A stretch of 64,000 nucleotides of DNA from Clostridia bacterium (GTDB lineage: Bacteria > Bacillota > Clostridia > Christensenellales > UBA1242): contig JAZSRL010000010.1 of NCBI GenBank assembly GCA_045538455.1, positions 29,244 through 93,243 of the forward strand, in the 5' to 3' direction. The position numbers and the translations under genes were made by a program. Below, piece by piece: positions 48,927-57,759 of this stretch. Position 1 is the stretch's first letter; the number at the start of each line of letters is the position of its first letter. The notes below the pieces were generated by a model. The model had not been told where the DNA came from. It did not search any database and saw only the letters and a list, made by a program, of their open reading frames with translations.

Positions 48927-50630
48927 TTAAAGAACGGTTACGCTTTTGGCAAGATTGCGTGGCTTATCGGGGTTGATACCTTTGGTTTGTGCTAGATCGA
49001 GTGCAAAAATTTGTACTGGAATAATTTGTCCGATAAAGTTTAAGGGGTTTTTGTTTTCAATTGGTAGATTGACAATGGTACCTCCGCGGGCTTGAATTTC
49101 GGCTGCGGCGTTAGATACATTGTCTCCGATAGTAATTGCAAGGGTAGTGGTATCTACCATTGATAGGGGACCGTGTTTGAGTTCGTTAGCGGGGTAGCCT
49201 TCACAGTGGATATAGCTAACTTCTTTGATTTTGAGTGCCGATTCAAGTGCTAAGGTATGGGCGATGCCTTTGCCAATAATAAAAATCTTGCTAAAATCAT
49301 TTGTGTTGGGGAAATGTAATATTTTGCGTGCGCTTTGTAGTGTTTTGCGTGTATTTTGAATAAATTCATTATAAATTTTTGAGGGATAGTCTTTAATCAT
49401 CAAGCAACCAACTAAGATTGCGGCGCAAAAGACTTTTGTGCTGGCAACGGCAATTTCTGGTCCACATAGCAGTGGAAATGTGATTTTGCTGCGTTTGGCA
49501 ATTGTGCTGGTTGTGATATTACAAAGTGCTATAATCGGAATTTTTTGATTTTGTAAAATATCCATGCATGCCAATGTGTCAGCTGTTTCGCCGGATTGAC
49601 TGATAACGATAGCTAATGCTTCTTCATTAAGAAGGGTAGTTCGGTTAAGTTCGCTACTAACATGGGCTATTGTTCGAATTTGAAGTTCTTTCTCGAAAAC
49701 TTTTGATAAAATAAGGGCAGCGTGGTAGCTTGTGCCGCAACCGCATATATGGATACAATTATAATTTTTGATTTGTGCGCGTAATGCTTGAATTTGTTGA
49801 AGTATGGTTTTATCTGTGGAATATGAAGAAATAATGCGTTGCATGATATCCGGAATTTCGTTGATTTCTTTTTCCATGTAGGTAGAAAAGCCGTTTTTAT
49901 CGCTGGCGATAAATGATTGGTTGAATTGTTCCCAGTTTTTTTGAATAGGGTGTCCGTTATTGAAAAACGATAGTTTGTTATGAAGAATTTCGCATGTATC
50001 TAGGTTGTCCATTGTAATTATTTCAGTGGTTGTTTGGGGTAGTGCTAGTGTGTCACTTGTTACATAAATGGTGTTTTGGTCGCGTCCGATGTATAATGGT
50101 AGGTTGCCTTTTTTGGCTAAGAAAAGATTTTTGCTGTATATGTCTGTTGCGCAAAATACATACTGTCCTTGTAAATATTTATGTATATTGTGTTTGTTAT
50201 TATGTAATAAATACAATATATTGGGGATAACTTCGGTGTCGACCGGTGTTTTAAGTTTGATGTCATTTGCTTTTAATAGGTCGCAACATGCCGAATAATT
50301 TTCAATAATGCCATTATGAACTACTGCGATCTCGCCGTTAAATGATAGATGAGGGTGTGAATTGTTTGTGTTTACAACTCCGTTTGTGGCCCAGCGCGTG
50401 TGACCAATGCATAGGGTGGTCGTTGGACGGCTTTCTACTTTTTTAGTTAACTCGTCGATATCGCCAATGGATTTTATGGTGTTTAGTGCTGGTTTATTTT
50501 GTGTTTTGTTAATTCGATAAGTAATACCGGCACTGTCATAGCCGCGGTATTCTAAGATTTTTAAGCTTTGTAAGGTTTTATCAATTAAATTTTGAGGATG
50601 TTGACTGATGCAACTAAAAATTCCACACAT
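48927..50630 (-). CDS. glmS: Glutamine-fructose-6-phosphate transaminase
   Basis: True start MCGIF at 50630; LEYRGYDSAG, GHTRWAT, HNGIIEN, SQSGETAD, ELKHGP, PRNLAKSVT. Confidence 0.95.
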   Translation of the reverse strand: MCGIFSCISQHPQNLIDKTLQSLKILEYRGYDSAGITYRINKTQNKPALNTIKSIGDIDELTKKVESRPTTTLCIGHTRWATNGVVNTNNSHPHLSFNGEIAVVHNGIIENYSACCDLLKANDIKLKTPVDTEVIPNILYLLHNNKHNIHKYLQGQYVFCATDIYSKNLFLAKKGNLPLYIGRDQNTIYVTSDTLALPQTTTEIITMDNLDTCEILHNKLSFFNNGHPIQKNWEQFNQSFIASDKNGFSTYMEKEINEIPDIMQRIISSYSTDKTILQQIQALRAQIKNYNCIHICGCGTSYHAALILSKVFEKELQIRTIAHVSSELNRTTLLNEEALAIVISQSGETADTLACMDILQNQKIPIIALCNITTSTIAKRSKITFPLLCGPEIAVASTKVFCAAILVGCLMIKDYPSKIYNEFIQNTRKTLQSARKILHFPNTNDFSKIFIIGKGIAHTLALESALKIKEVSYIHCEGYPANELKHGPLSMVDTTTLAITIGDNVSNAAAEIQARGGTIVNLPIENKNPLNFIGQIIPVQIFALDLAQTKGINPDKPRNLAKSVTVL

Positions 50631-50707
50631 GATATTTTTTATGATGCAATTTATTTTATTTGTGAATTTTATTTGGTAAATTATGGCTTTTTTGTTAGAG
50701 TTGAAGT

Positions 50708-51259
50708 ATGGAATTAAATGTAAACGATTACAAGGTTGAAATTTCTGCCAGGCATGTTCATTTATCACATGCTGATTTTGTAACTTTGTTTGGTGAAGAT
50801 GCGGAATTGAAGAATATTAAAGATTTAAGTATTAAGGGTGAGTTTAAATCGGATAAATCGGTGGCTGTTGTGGGTCCAAAGCGTACTTTTGAAAGAGTTG
50901 TTGTTTTGGGACCGTGGCGCGATAAAACGCAGGTGGAAATATCTTTAACTGATAGTTATAGTTTGGGCGTTAAAAATGTGCCTGTGCGTATGAGTGGCGA
51001 TTTGGCTAATTCAGCACCTGTAACTTTGGTTGGTCCAGCGGGAACTTTGGAATTAAAAGAGGGAATGATTATTGCATTGCGCCATATTCACATTGGGAAG
51101 TCTGATATGGAAAAGCACGGATTGTTAAATGGACAAAATATTGAAATTACGATTGGTAGTGTGCGAAAAACAACATTTCACAATGTGGTTGTGCGCGAAT
51201 CGAATGTTGATTTTCCGGTTGTTCATTTGGATACAGATGAAGGTAACGCGGCTTTTTAG
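50708..51259 (+). CDS. pduL: PduL-type phosphate acyltransferase
   Basis: Motifs SARHVHL, VLGP.R..TQVEIS, R.SGDL, RHIH, HLDTDEGNAA. Confidence 0.92.
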   Translation: MELNVNDYKVEISARHVHLSHADFVTLFGEDAELKNIKDLSIKGEFKSDKSVAVVGPKRTFERVVVLGPWRDKTQVEISLTDSYSLGVKNVPVRMSGDLANSAPVTLVGPAGTLELKEGMIIALRHIHIGKSDMEKHGLLNGQNIEITIGSVRKTTFHNVVVRESNVDFPVVHLDTDEGNAAF

Positions 51260-51332
51260 TTAAGTATTGCTGGGTAATATTTATTTGCGGAATTCACATA
51301 ATTAATATATACTTTAGCTAGTTATTGGGGGA

Positions 51333-52877
51333 GTGTTGAATCAGTTACGCAAAAAAGTGTTTTTTGTTTTAATGCTTGGTTGTGTGGTATTGTTTTTTTG
51401 TGTTTTTCTACCAGCAGGATTTGATAAAAAGGTGATTGTTGGCGCTGGTGAAAGTCTTGCAACAAAAACATCATATGACATAGTAGTGCCTGATGCGGGG
51501 GCTTTTGCGGAAGGTACTCCTGGTATTTATTTAACTCGACCTGAAAAATTATCTACAAATTCTGCGTTAAATGTTTATCAAGGGTCGATTAGTACAGATC
51601 TTCTACGGCTAAATAAGTCAGATTTTTATCCTGAATTTAAAGCTATGATCATGCAAAATGATTCTTGGCGTGAATTAAATGAAGAAGAACAAGAAAATTT
51701 TTGGGTGGAAGCAACTGATCTTACTTATTGTAGCGTTAATTGGTTTTTGAGAGAATCTGCTCCGGCGGCGTTGTATGGTGTTTGCTGTGATGAAACAAGG
51801 TATGGTGTTTCGGAAATATTTCAAATTTTGTATGCTGGAGAATGGTCATTTGTTACTATAACGAATGATTCAGGTATGCGTAGTGTTAGTAATTTTGCTG
51901 GTGGTAGTGATTTAACGCTCGCTTTAAATGTTTTTTATAATGATGGGGCGGCAAAGCCAGATTTGTCAAATCAAGCGGTTAAGGAATTATCAACAGGCAT
52001 TAAATATGGGGCTCTTTCGTATGATGGTGCGATTACAAGTGATGCAATGTTTTCAAAAATAGTTGTAAAAACCATATCTGGGGAAGTTTATAATGGCAAA
52101 ATTGAGAAATTAAGGGATCGTTATAATAATAATCGCATTGAATTAAGATTTTCGAAGCCATTTCAAAACGATATATATTTAATACAATTTACTTCAAGTG
52201 TTGGAGGACAAGTTTTTGGGCAATTTATAATTGATAATTCGCATAGTAATACTGGTATAAATTTATCGCGTTTTTGGGTGATTCTTATGGTTTTTGGTGG
52301 TGTGTTGGCTTTGGGGGCTGCGTTAGCTTATCTAGTTCCGTTGATGATTGTTCGAGTTAATGAAGCTCGTGTTTATCATGAAAATGAACGCATTGCTCGT
52401 ATAAAAAATCCAGAAGCTTATGCTTCTAAGGGTAAGAAATCGTTAAAAGAAATTTTTAGTAAAATTATTTATAATATGAAAACTCCTGTTTATAAGCGTA
52501 AGCCAGAAGAAAAAGTAGAAGAACAGGAAAAAGAACAAAAAGTATATTCAAATAGATTTACGGAAATGTTGCGCGAAAGGCAAGAAAAGCGTGATTATAT
52601 GCGTAAAAACAATATAACTAGTGAAGAGATGGAGCGTCGTAAGATTGCAGAGGAGGCTGTTGCGGCAGATGAAGTGAACAGCTTTGCGTCTTTGCGTGAT
52701 GATGACGAAGATGATGAAATTGCTACTTTTCACGCAGCAGAAGACGAGGTTTCAACTTTGGAAACTGGGGCATATGTGCAAGATGGGGCTAGATTTGCTA
52801 GGTTGGATAGTCTTACCGAAGATGATCCCATAGTTAGTGCTGATAATGGAAGCGATGGTAATGGCGACAGTTTCTAA
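51333..52877 (+). CDS. Hypothetical membrane protein (signal/anchor, extracellular domain, TM helix, charged and acidic cytoplasmic tail)
   Basis: Two hydrophobic segments; D/E-rich C-terminus; SD GGGGG before GTG. Confidence 0.7.
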   Translation: MLNQLRKKVFFVLMLGCVVLFFCVFLPAGFDKKVIVGAGESLATKTSYDIVVPDAGAFAEGTPGIYLTRPEKLSTNSALNVYQGSISTDLLRLNKSDFYPEFKAMIMQNDSWRELNEEEQENFWVEATDLTYCSVNWFLRESAPAALYGVCCDETRYGVSEIFQILYAGEWSFVTITNDSGMRSVSNFAGGSDLTLALNVFYNDGAAKPDLSNQAVKELSTGIKYGALSYDGAITSDAMFSKIVVKTISGEVYNGKIEKLRDRYNNNRIELRFSKPFQNDIYLIQFTSSVGGQVFGQFIIDNSHSNTGINLSRFWVILMVFGGVLALGAALAYLVPLMIVRVNEARVYHENERIARIKNPEAYASKGKKSLKEIFSKIIYNMKTPVYKRKPEEKVEEQEKEQKVYSNRFTEMLRERQEKRDYMRKNNITSEEMERRKIAEEAVAADEVNSFASLRDDDEDDEIATFHAAEDEVSTLETGAYVQDGARFARLDSLTEDDPIVSADNGSDGNGDSF

Positions 52878-53313
52878 AAAAACAGTAAGTTTATATGAGC
52901 GTGCTGTGGCATATATTTTGACAATGCCAAAAACGGAAAAACAGGTGAGACAATGGTATGCGCGGAAAATAAATGATCAAGCGGTAATTGATGCGGATAT
53001 TAATCGTTTGAAAGAGTATAATTTGATAAATGACGAAGATTATGCGCGTATGTATGTGGAAGCTAAACGCGAAAAAATGGGTATTGGTATGATTCGTAAT
53101 AAATTGCGTTTGAATGGAATTGCGGATGTTTTTATTGAGCAAGCTGTAGGTGCGATTGAAAATCAATATGATTTTGCAATGGGTTGTGTTAATAAATATA
53201 TGCGCAATAAAGAGAAGTCCCCTGAAAATAAAAGTAAATTATTTCGATGGTTGTTAGGCAAGGGGATAGTTTATGATTTGTGTGTGGAGGTTGTAAATGA
53301 ATATTGGCATTGA
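52837..53313 (+). CDS. recX: RecX-family regulatory protein (start may be 52861)
   Basis: TEKQVR, LKEYNLINDEDYA..YV, G...IRNKL..NGI, KLFRWLLGKG. Confidence 0.75.
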   Translation: MLIMEAMVMATVSKKTVSLYERAVAYILTMPKTEKQVRQWYARKINDQAVIDADINRLKEYNLINDEDYARMYVEAKREKMGIGMIRNKLRLNGIADVFIEQAVGAIENQYDFAMGCVNKYMRNKEKSPENKSKLFRWLLGKGIVYDLCVEVVNEYWH

Positions 53314-53605
53314 TATTGTAGAATGTGATCGTGTTGCAGGTTTGTTGAATGACAAGGTTTTTAGTGAAAATGAATTGTCATATATTCATAAAAAAAAGGA
53401 TAATTTGTCGACGGTAGCGGGTTTATTTGCAGCGAAAGAAGCATATTTCAAGGCAAAAGGGACAGGAATTATAAAAAGTGAGTTGCCTCAAGTTGAGGTT
53501 GGGTACCATGAAAATGGGCAACCTTTTTATATAAACAATGAGAGTGCGGTATTATCGATTAGCCATACTGCGTCAATCGCAGTGGCTGTTTGTATTATTT
53601 TTTAG
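53297..53605 (+). CDS. acpS: Holo-ACP synthase
   Basis: Motifs IGIDIVE, FAAKEA..KA.GTG, G.P, LSISH. Confidence 0.9.
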   Translation: MNIGIDIVECDRVAGLLNDKVFSENELSYIHKKKDNLSTVAGLFAAKEAYFKAKGTGIIKSELPQVEVGYHENGQPFYINNESAVLSISHTASIAVAVCIIF

Positions 53606-53638
53606 GATTTTTGTTAGTTTTGTCGTATATATTAGCAT

Positions 53639-55429
53639 ATGCAAAACAAGGGATATACTCCAGAATTTCTTGATAAAGTGCGTAATGCAAGTAATATTGT
53701 TGAAATAGCTCGAAGCTATTTGCCTTTGCGTCAAAAAGGTCAAGACTTTTGGGCGTGTTGTCCTTTTCATAGTGAGAAAACGCCAAGTTTTGCAATTAGT
53801 GCTCCAAAACAGTTTTATTATTGCTATGGTTGTCATGAAAGTGGTAATGTGTTTAAGTTTGTTATGAAGATGGAAAACTTGTCTTGGCCGGAAGCTGTGG
53901 CAATGTTGGCGAAAAGGGCGAATATTGAAATTCCTCAAAATGAAGATAATGGTGCATGGTTGCGTGCTCGCCAAAAGCGTGAAAGACTTTATCAAACTTT
54001 GATGTTAGCTCGCGATTTTTATTGTCGTAATTTATATTTGGCAAAAAATAAAGAAGCGTTGAATTATTTGCATGATCGTGGTATCGACGATGACTTAATA
54101 AAAAAATTTCACATTGGGTATAGCGATAGTTGGCAAGGTGTTGTTGATGAGTTACGACAACACGGAATTAGTGAAGATATGATGCGTGAAGCTGGTATTG
54201 TTGCTGCTCGTGATGATTCGAAGAGGGTGTGGGATGCTCAGTTTGAAAGAATTACTTTTGCAATTCATGATGTGTATGGTAATTGTATTGGTTTTACTGG
54301 GCGTACTATGAAAAAAGACGAAAATTTGGCAAAATACAAGAATACTGCGGAAACTGCTGTTTTTAATAAAAGTAATATTGTTTATGGCGTAGATGTCATG
54401 AAAGATTTGAGTCGTGGTAAACATACAAATGGTGTGATTGTTGTTGAGGGTAATGTTGATGAAATTGCAATGATTAAACATGGATTTATTAATACTGTCG
54501 CTTGTATGGGAACTGCTTTGACGAAATTTCACGCAAGTGTGTTGAAGCGTTTTAGTCAATTAGTGTATTTATGTCTAGATGGTGATAATGCGGGGCAAAA
54601 TGCAACTTTAAAATCGATCGATACTTTGCAAGAAGCTGGTTTGACGGTTAAAGTAATAACTTTGCCTGCGGGGCAAGATCCAGATGATTTTTTGAATAAG
54701 TATGGGGCCGCTGAAATGCAAAAAATGATTGATAAAAGTATTGGTGGCTTTGAGTTTAAATTAGAATATGTTAAAAAGCATAATGATTTAACGAATAAGA
54801 TTGGTAAAACCGAGTACTTAAATCAAGTTGTTGATCTTTTGTCTCAAATTGCAAGTCCTGCGGAGCGTGAGTTATATTTAAAAGATGTGGCGGATAGTTT
54901 AGGTGTTGAGAAAGATATTGTTCGTGATACGGTCGATATGAAGATTGCAAGGTTAGGGGAGAAAAATACAAAAAACGATAAAAACACAATATATAGTAGT
55001 AGTTATGCACATAACAAGCACAAGACGAACGCAAAAAAAGTAGGCGGACTGGTTGGTGCGGAAATGGTTGTAATTAAAGGTATCTTACATGATCAACCTT
55101 ATGTCGAAAGTGGGAATACAGAAATTATCTTTTCAAATAAACTTTTCCAAAAAATTTATGAACAGAACTTGAAATTGAATGAAATTGATGATAAATTAGA
55201 TGAAACAGAATTGCAAGAAATTGCACCGTTGCGGATTGTTAATCATTCATTAACTCCGCAGGAACAGGCTATCGAATGGAAACAGTGTTTTATTGAATTG
55301 CGGATTGCTTATTTAATGCGAGAACGCGAGAAAGTAAAAGACGATATGGCAAAGTATCAGGCGATTACATTGCAAATAAAAAAATTAGAAAAAGACAAAT
55401 TGGAAAAGCAGCATTTGGAGGAAAAATAA
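53639..55429 (+). CDS. dnaG: DNA primase
   Basis: CPFH.EKTPSF, C.GC, KYKNT.ET, TOPRIM VEG..D, DGD.AG, DPD. Confidence 0.96.
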   Translation: MQNKGYTPEFLDKVRNASNIVEIARSYLPLRQKGQDFWACCPFHSEKTPSFAISAPKQFYYCYGCHESGNVFKFVMKMENLSWPEAVAMLAKRANIEIPQNEDNGAWLRARQKRERLYQTLMLARDFYCRNLYLAKNKEALNYLHDRGIDDDLIKKFHIGYSDSWQGVVDELRQHGISEDMMREAGIVAARDDSKRVWDAQFERITFAIHDVYGNCIGFTGRTMKKDENLAKYKNTAETAVFNKSNIVYGVDVMKDLSRGKHTNGVIVVEGNVDEIAMIKHGFINTVACMGTALTKFHASVLKRFSQLVYLCLDGDNAGQNATLKSIDTLQEAGLTVKVITLPAGQDPDDFLNKYGAAEMQKMIDKSIGGFEFKLEYVKKHNDLTNKIGKTEYLNQVVDLLSQIASPAERELYLKDVADSLGVEKDIVRDTVDMKIARLGEKNTKNDKNTIYSSSYAHNKHKTNAKKVGGLVGAEMVVIKGILHDQPYVESGNTEIIFSNKLFQKIYEQNLKLNEIDDKLDETELQEIAPLRIVNHSLTPQEQAIEWKQCFIELRIAYLMREREKVKDDMAKYQAITLQIKKLEKDKLEKQHLEEK

Positions 55430-55430
55430 T

Positions 55431-56969
55431 ATGGCATCAAACCAAGTAAAAGAAACTAAGAAAGTGGTAGCAGATAAAAAAACTACTGTAAAAGTGGTAG
55501 CAGATAAAAAAAGTACTGTAAAAAAAGATAAATTAACTAAATCTGTGGAAAAAAAGAATGGTAAAAGCGAAAAAAGTGCCCAAGTTACAAAAAACGAGGT
55601 AAAAACTGCGGCTGCCTCAAAGAAAACTGCGAAAAAAGACGATAAAAAAGTAGCGTCAAAAAAAGAAGTCAAACAAACAACTGTAAAAGTTGTAAAAAAG
55701 GCGAAGGAAGTTAATTTTGCTAAAGTTAAAGATGAGAAAAAAGTTGTGAAAGAACCGAAAAATGCTGCTAAGTTAGTTGTAAAACCAGTTAAAAAAGCTG
55801 AAGACAAAGTTTCTGTCAAGACAAATACTCCTACATCAAAACCTAAGCAAGTTGCTATGAATTTAGATGGCACTAATTCAAGTAGTGAATCCAGTTTAAG
55901 TGAAGCGTTGCGTCCTGAAATTAATGTTTTAATCAAGCGTTTCTTGGAGCTGGGAAAAAATCGTGAAATTAATGAAGACAATTTGACGATGGCTTTGATT
56001 GAGCATGATGCGACTGCTGTTGATGTTGAAAAGGCAAAGCAAATTTTGTCTGCAGCCGGCATAGTTATTAAGAAAGTTAATGAAGACGAGAAGATGCGTG
56101 TGGACGCGATTGAAAAATTAATTTCGGAAGCATCTGTTGATGATCCAATTAAAATTTATTTGCGTGATATAGGGCGTTATAAACTTTTAACTGCCGAAGA
56201 AGAAGTAGATATTGCAAAGCGTATGGCGGAAGGTGATCCAGAAGCAAAGCAAATTTTGAACCAAAGTAACTTGCGTTTGGTTGTGCACATTGCAAAGAGA
56301 TATGTGGATCGTACGCCTTTAAAATTACTCGATTTGATACAGGAAGGCAACTTGGGCTTAATGAAGGCGGTAGACAAGTTTGATTACAGCAAGGGGTTCC
56401 GTTTTTCGACTTATGCAACTTGGTGGATTCGTCAATCTATTACGCGTGCGATGGCTGACCAAAGTCGTATTGTGCGCTTGCCAGTACACATGGTCGAAAC
56501 GATAAACCGCTTGTTGAAGACTACAAAAGTTTTGCAACAAGAGTTGGGTCGTGAACCAAGTACTGCGGAGTTAGCGGAACGAATGGAAGTTAGTGAAGAT
56601 AAGATTGAAGAAATTCGCCGTATAAGCCAAGACACCACGAGTATTGATTCGCCGTTGGGTGATGAAGGTGATGGAACCATCATGGATACAATCGCGGATA
56701 CAACTGTGATGTTGCCAGAAGAAGAAGCTTATAAAAAAGGTTTGAAGGCTCAATTGTTATCGGTTTTGGCTTCTTTAACACCGCGTGAACAAAAGGTTAT
56801 TCGTTTGCGTTATGGCCTTGATGATGGTCGTCCGCGTACATTGGAAGAAGTTGGTCATTTGTTTAAGGTTACTCGTGAACGCATTCGCCAGATTGAAGCA
56901 AAGGCTTTACGCAAATTACGCAATCCGAGTCGTACAGTTCGTTTGAAAGATTACAATAATCACAATTAA
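55431..56969 (+). CDS. rpoD: Primary sigma factor RpoD/SigA with a Lys-rich N-terminal extension
   Basis: DPIKIYL, NLRLVV.IAKRY, DLIQEGNLGL, FSTYATWWIRQ, TRERIRQIE; follows dnaG. Confidence 0.96.
   Translation: MASNQVKETKKVVADKKTTVKVVADKKSTVKKDKLTKSVEKKNGKSEKSAQVTKNEVKTAAASKKTAKKDDKKVASKKEVKQTTVKVVKKAKEVNFAKVKDEKKVVKEPKNAAKLVVKPVKKAEDKVSVKTNTPTSKPKQVAMNLDGTNSSSESSLSEALRPEINVLIKRFLELGKNREINEDNLTMALIEHDATAVDVEKAKQILSAAGIVIKKVNEDEKMRVDAIEKLISEASVDDPIKIYLRDIGRYKLLTAEEEVDIAKRMAEGDPEAKQILNQSNLRLVVHIAKRYVDRTPLKLLDLIQEGNLGLMKAVDKFDYSKGFRFSTYATWWIRQSITRAMADQSRIVRLPVHMVETINRLLKTTKVLQQELGREPSTAELAERMEVSEDKIEEIRRISQDTTSIDSPLGDEGDGTIMDTIADTTVMLPEEEAYKKGLKAQLLSVLASLTPREQKVIRLRYGLDDGRPRTLEEVGHLFKVTRERIRQIEAKALRKLRNPSRTVRLKDYNNHN
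55461..55523 (+). repeat. 30-bp tandem duplication in the rpoD 5' region, encoding KVVADKK(T/S)TV twice
   Basis: aaagtggtagcagataaaaaaa(c/g)tactgta occurs twice in tandem. Confidence 0.9.
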
Positions 56970-56987
56970 AAATGTTTTTTTATAAAT

Positions 56988-57018
56988 TGCCATTGCTTTT
57001 GGGTGATGGCTTTTTTAT
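56988..57018 (+). terminator. Putative terminator after rpoD
   Basis: gccattgc...gtgatggc stem followed by a T-tract. Confidence 0.6.
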
Positions 57019-57066
57019 TTTAATGTAATGATTGCTAAAAAATAGGGTTTATGGTAGTATGTTTTT

Positions 57067-57759
57067 ATGAGTAATGAAAATATCGAAAAGTTGTTAGCGG
57101 CACAAAAGGTTGATAAAGAACGCTTACAATTAATTCAAAACTTAGAAAAAGGCAAAGTCAAGATGGAATTAGATAAAACGACCAAATTGATTAACGATTC
57201 TAAAGTTTGTTTATTGGGTTTAGAGGAAGAAGCTAAAATTTTAGAAGAAAAATACCAAAAAATTGCAAAAATTGTTTCAGACACTTTGGCACAAATTGAT
57301 AAGGCCAATAGTTCACAAAGTGAAGATTTAGAAAGTTACAATAGTTTTTTGTCTGAATTAACTCGTTCAGAAGGTCAATTGGCTGATATCGAGCGTTTAA
57401 TTGGTCAAAAAACTGCCACATTTAAAAAAACTGCTGCCGATGTTATGAAAGCTACGGCATTGTTAAAAAATGTGACCAAAATGTATGAAGATGCAAAGGC
57501 TGCTGCGTCTCCAAAAATTCAAGAATTAGAAAAACAATTTAGTGATATGGTCAAGGGAATCGATGAAAAATTGTTGGCTAGGTACCAAGCTGTGCGCAAA
57601 AACAAGGGCTTTGATGCTAAAGATGTGGTTGTACCTTTGACACCAGATAAACGATGCCAAGGTTGTATTATGGATGTTCCTGTCGCTATGGTGAACAAAA
57701 TTAATACTAATGGCTGGGCAACTTGTGATGAATGCGGTAGGATTATTTATCAAGCATGA
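57067..57759 (+). CDS. Coiled-coil protein with C-terminal C4 zinc ribbon (DUF164-like)
   Basis: Long heptad helix, L..Y...R, CQGC...CDECGRI. Confidence 0.85.
   Translation: MSNENIEKLLAAQKVDKERLQLIQNLEKGKVKMELDKTTKLINDSKVCLLGLEEEAKILEEKYQKIAKIVSDTLAQIDKANSSQSEDLESYNSFLSELTRSEGQLADIERLIGQKTATFKKTAADVMKATALLKNVTKMYEDAKAAASPKIQELEKQFSDMVKGIDEKLLARYQAVRKNKGFDAKDVVVPLTPDKRCQGCIMDVPVAMVNKINTNGWATCDECGRIIYQA

Noticed and set aside
50631-50768. N-terminal extension of GlmS in the ORF track
   Set aside because: GlmS needs an N-terminal Cys (MCG at 50630), and the extension overlaps pduL.
55385-56062. 225-aa antisense ORF over rpoD
   Set aside because: It is a Phe/Thr-rich mirror of the Lys-rich coding strand with no independent signals. 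The same applies to the other short antisense or alternate-frame ORFs in the track.
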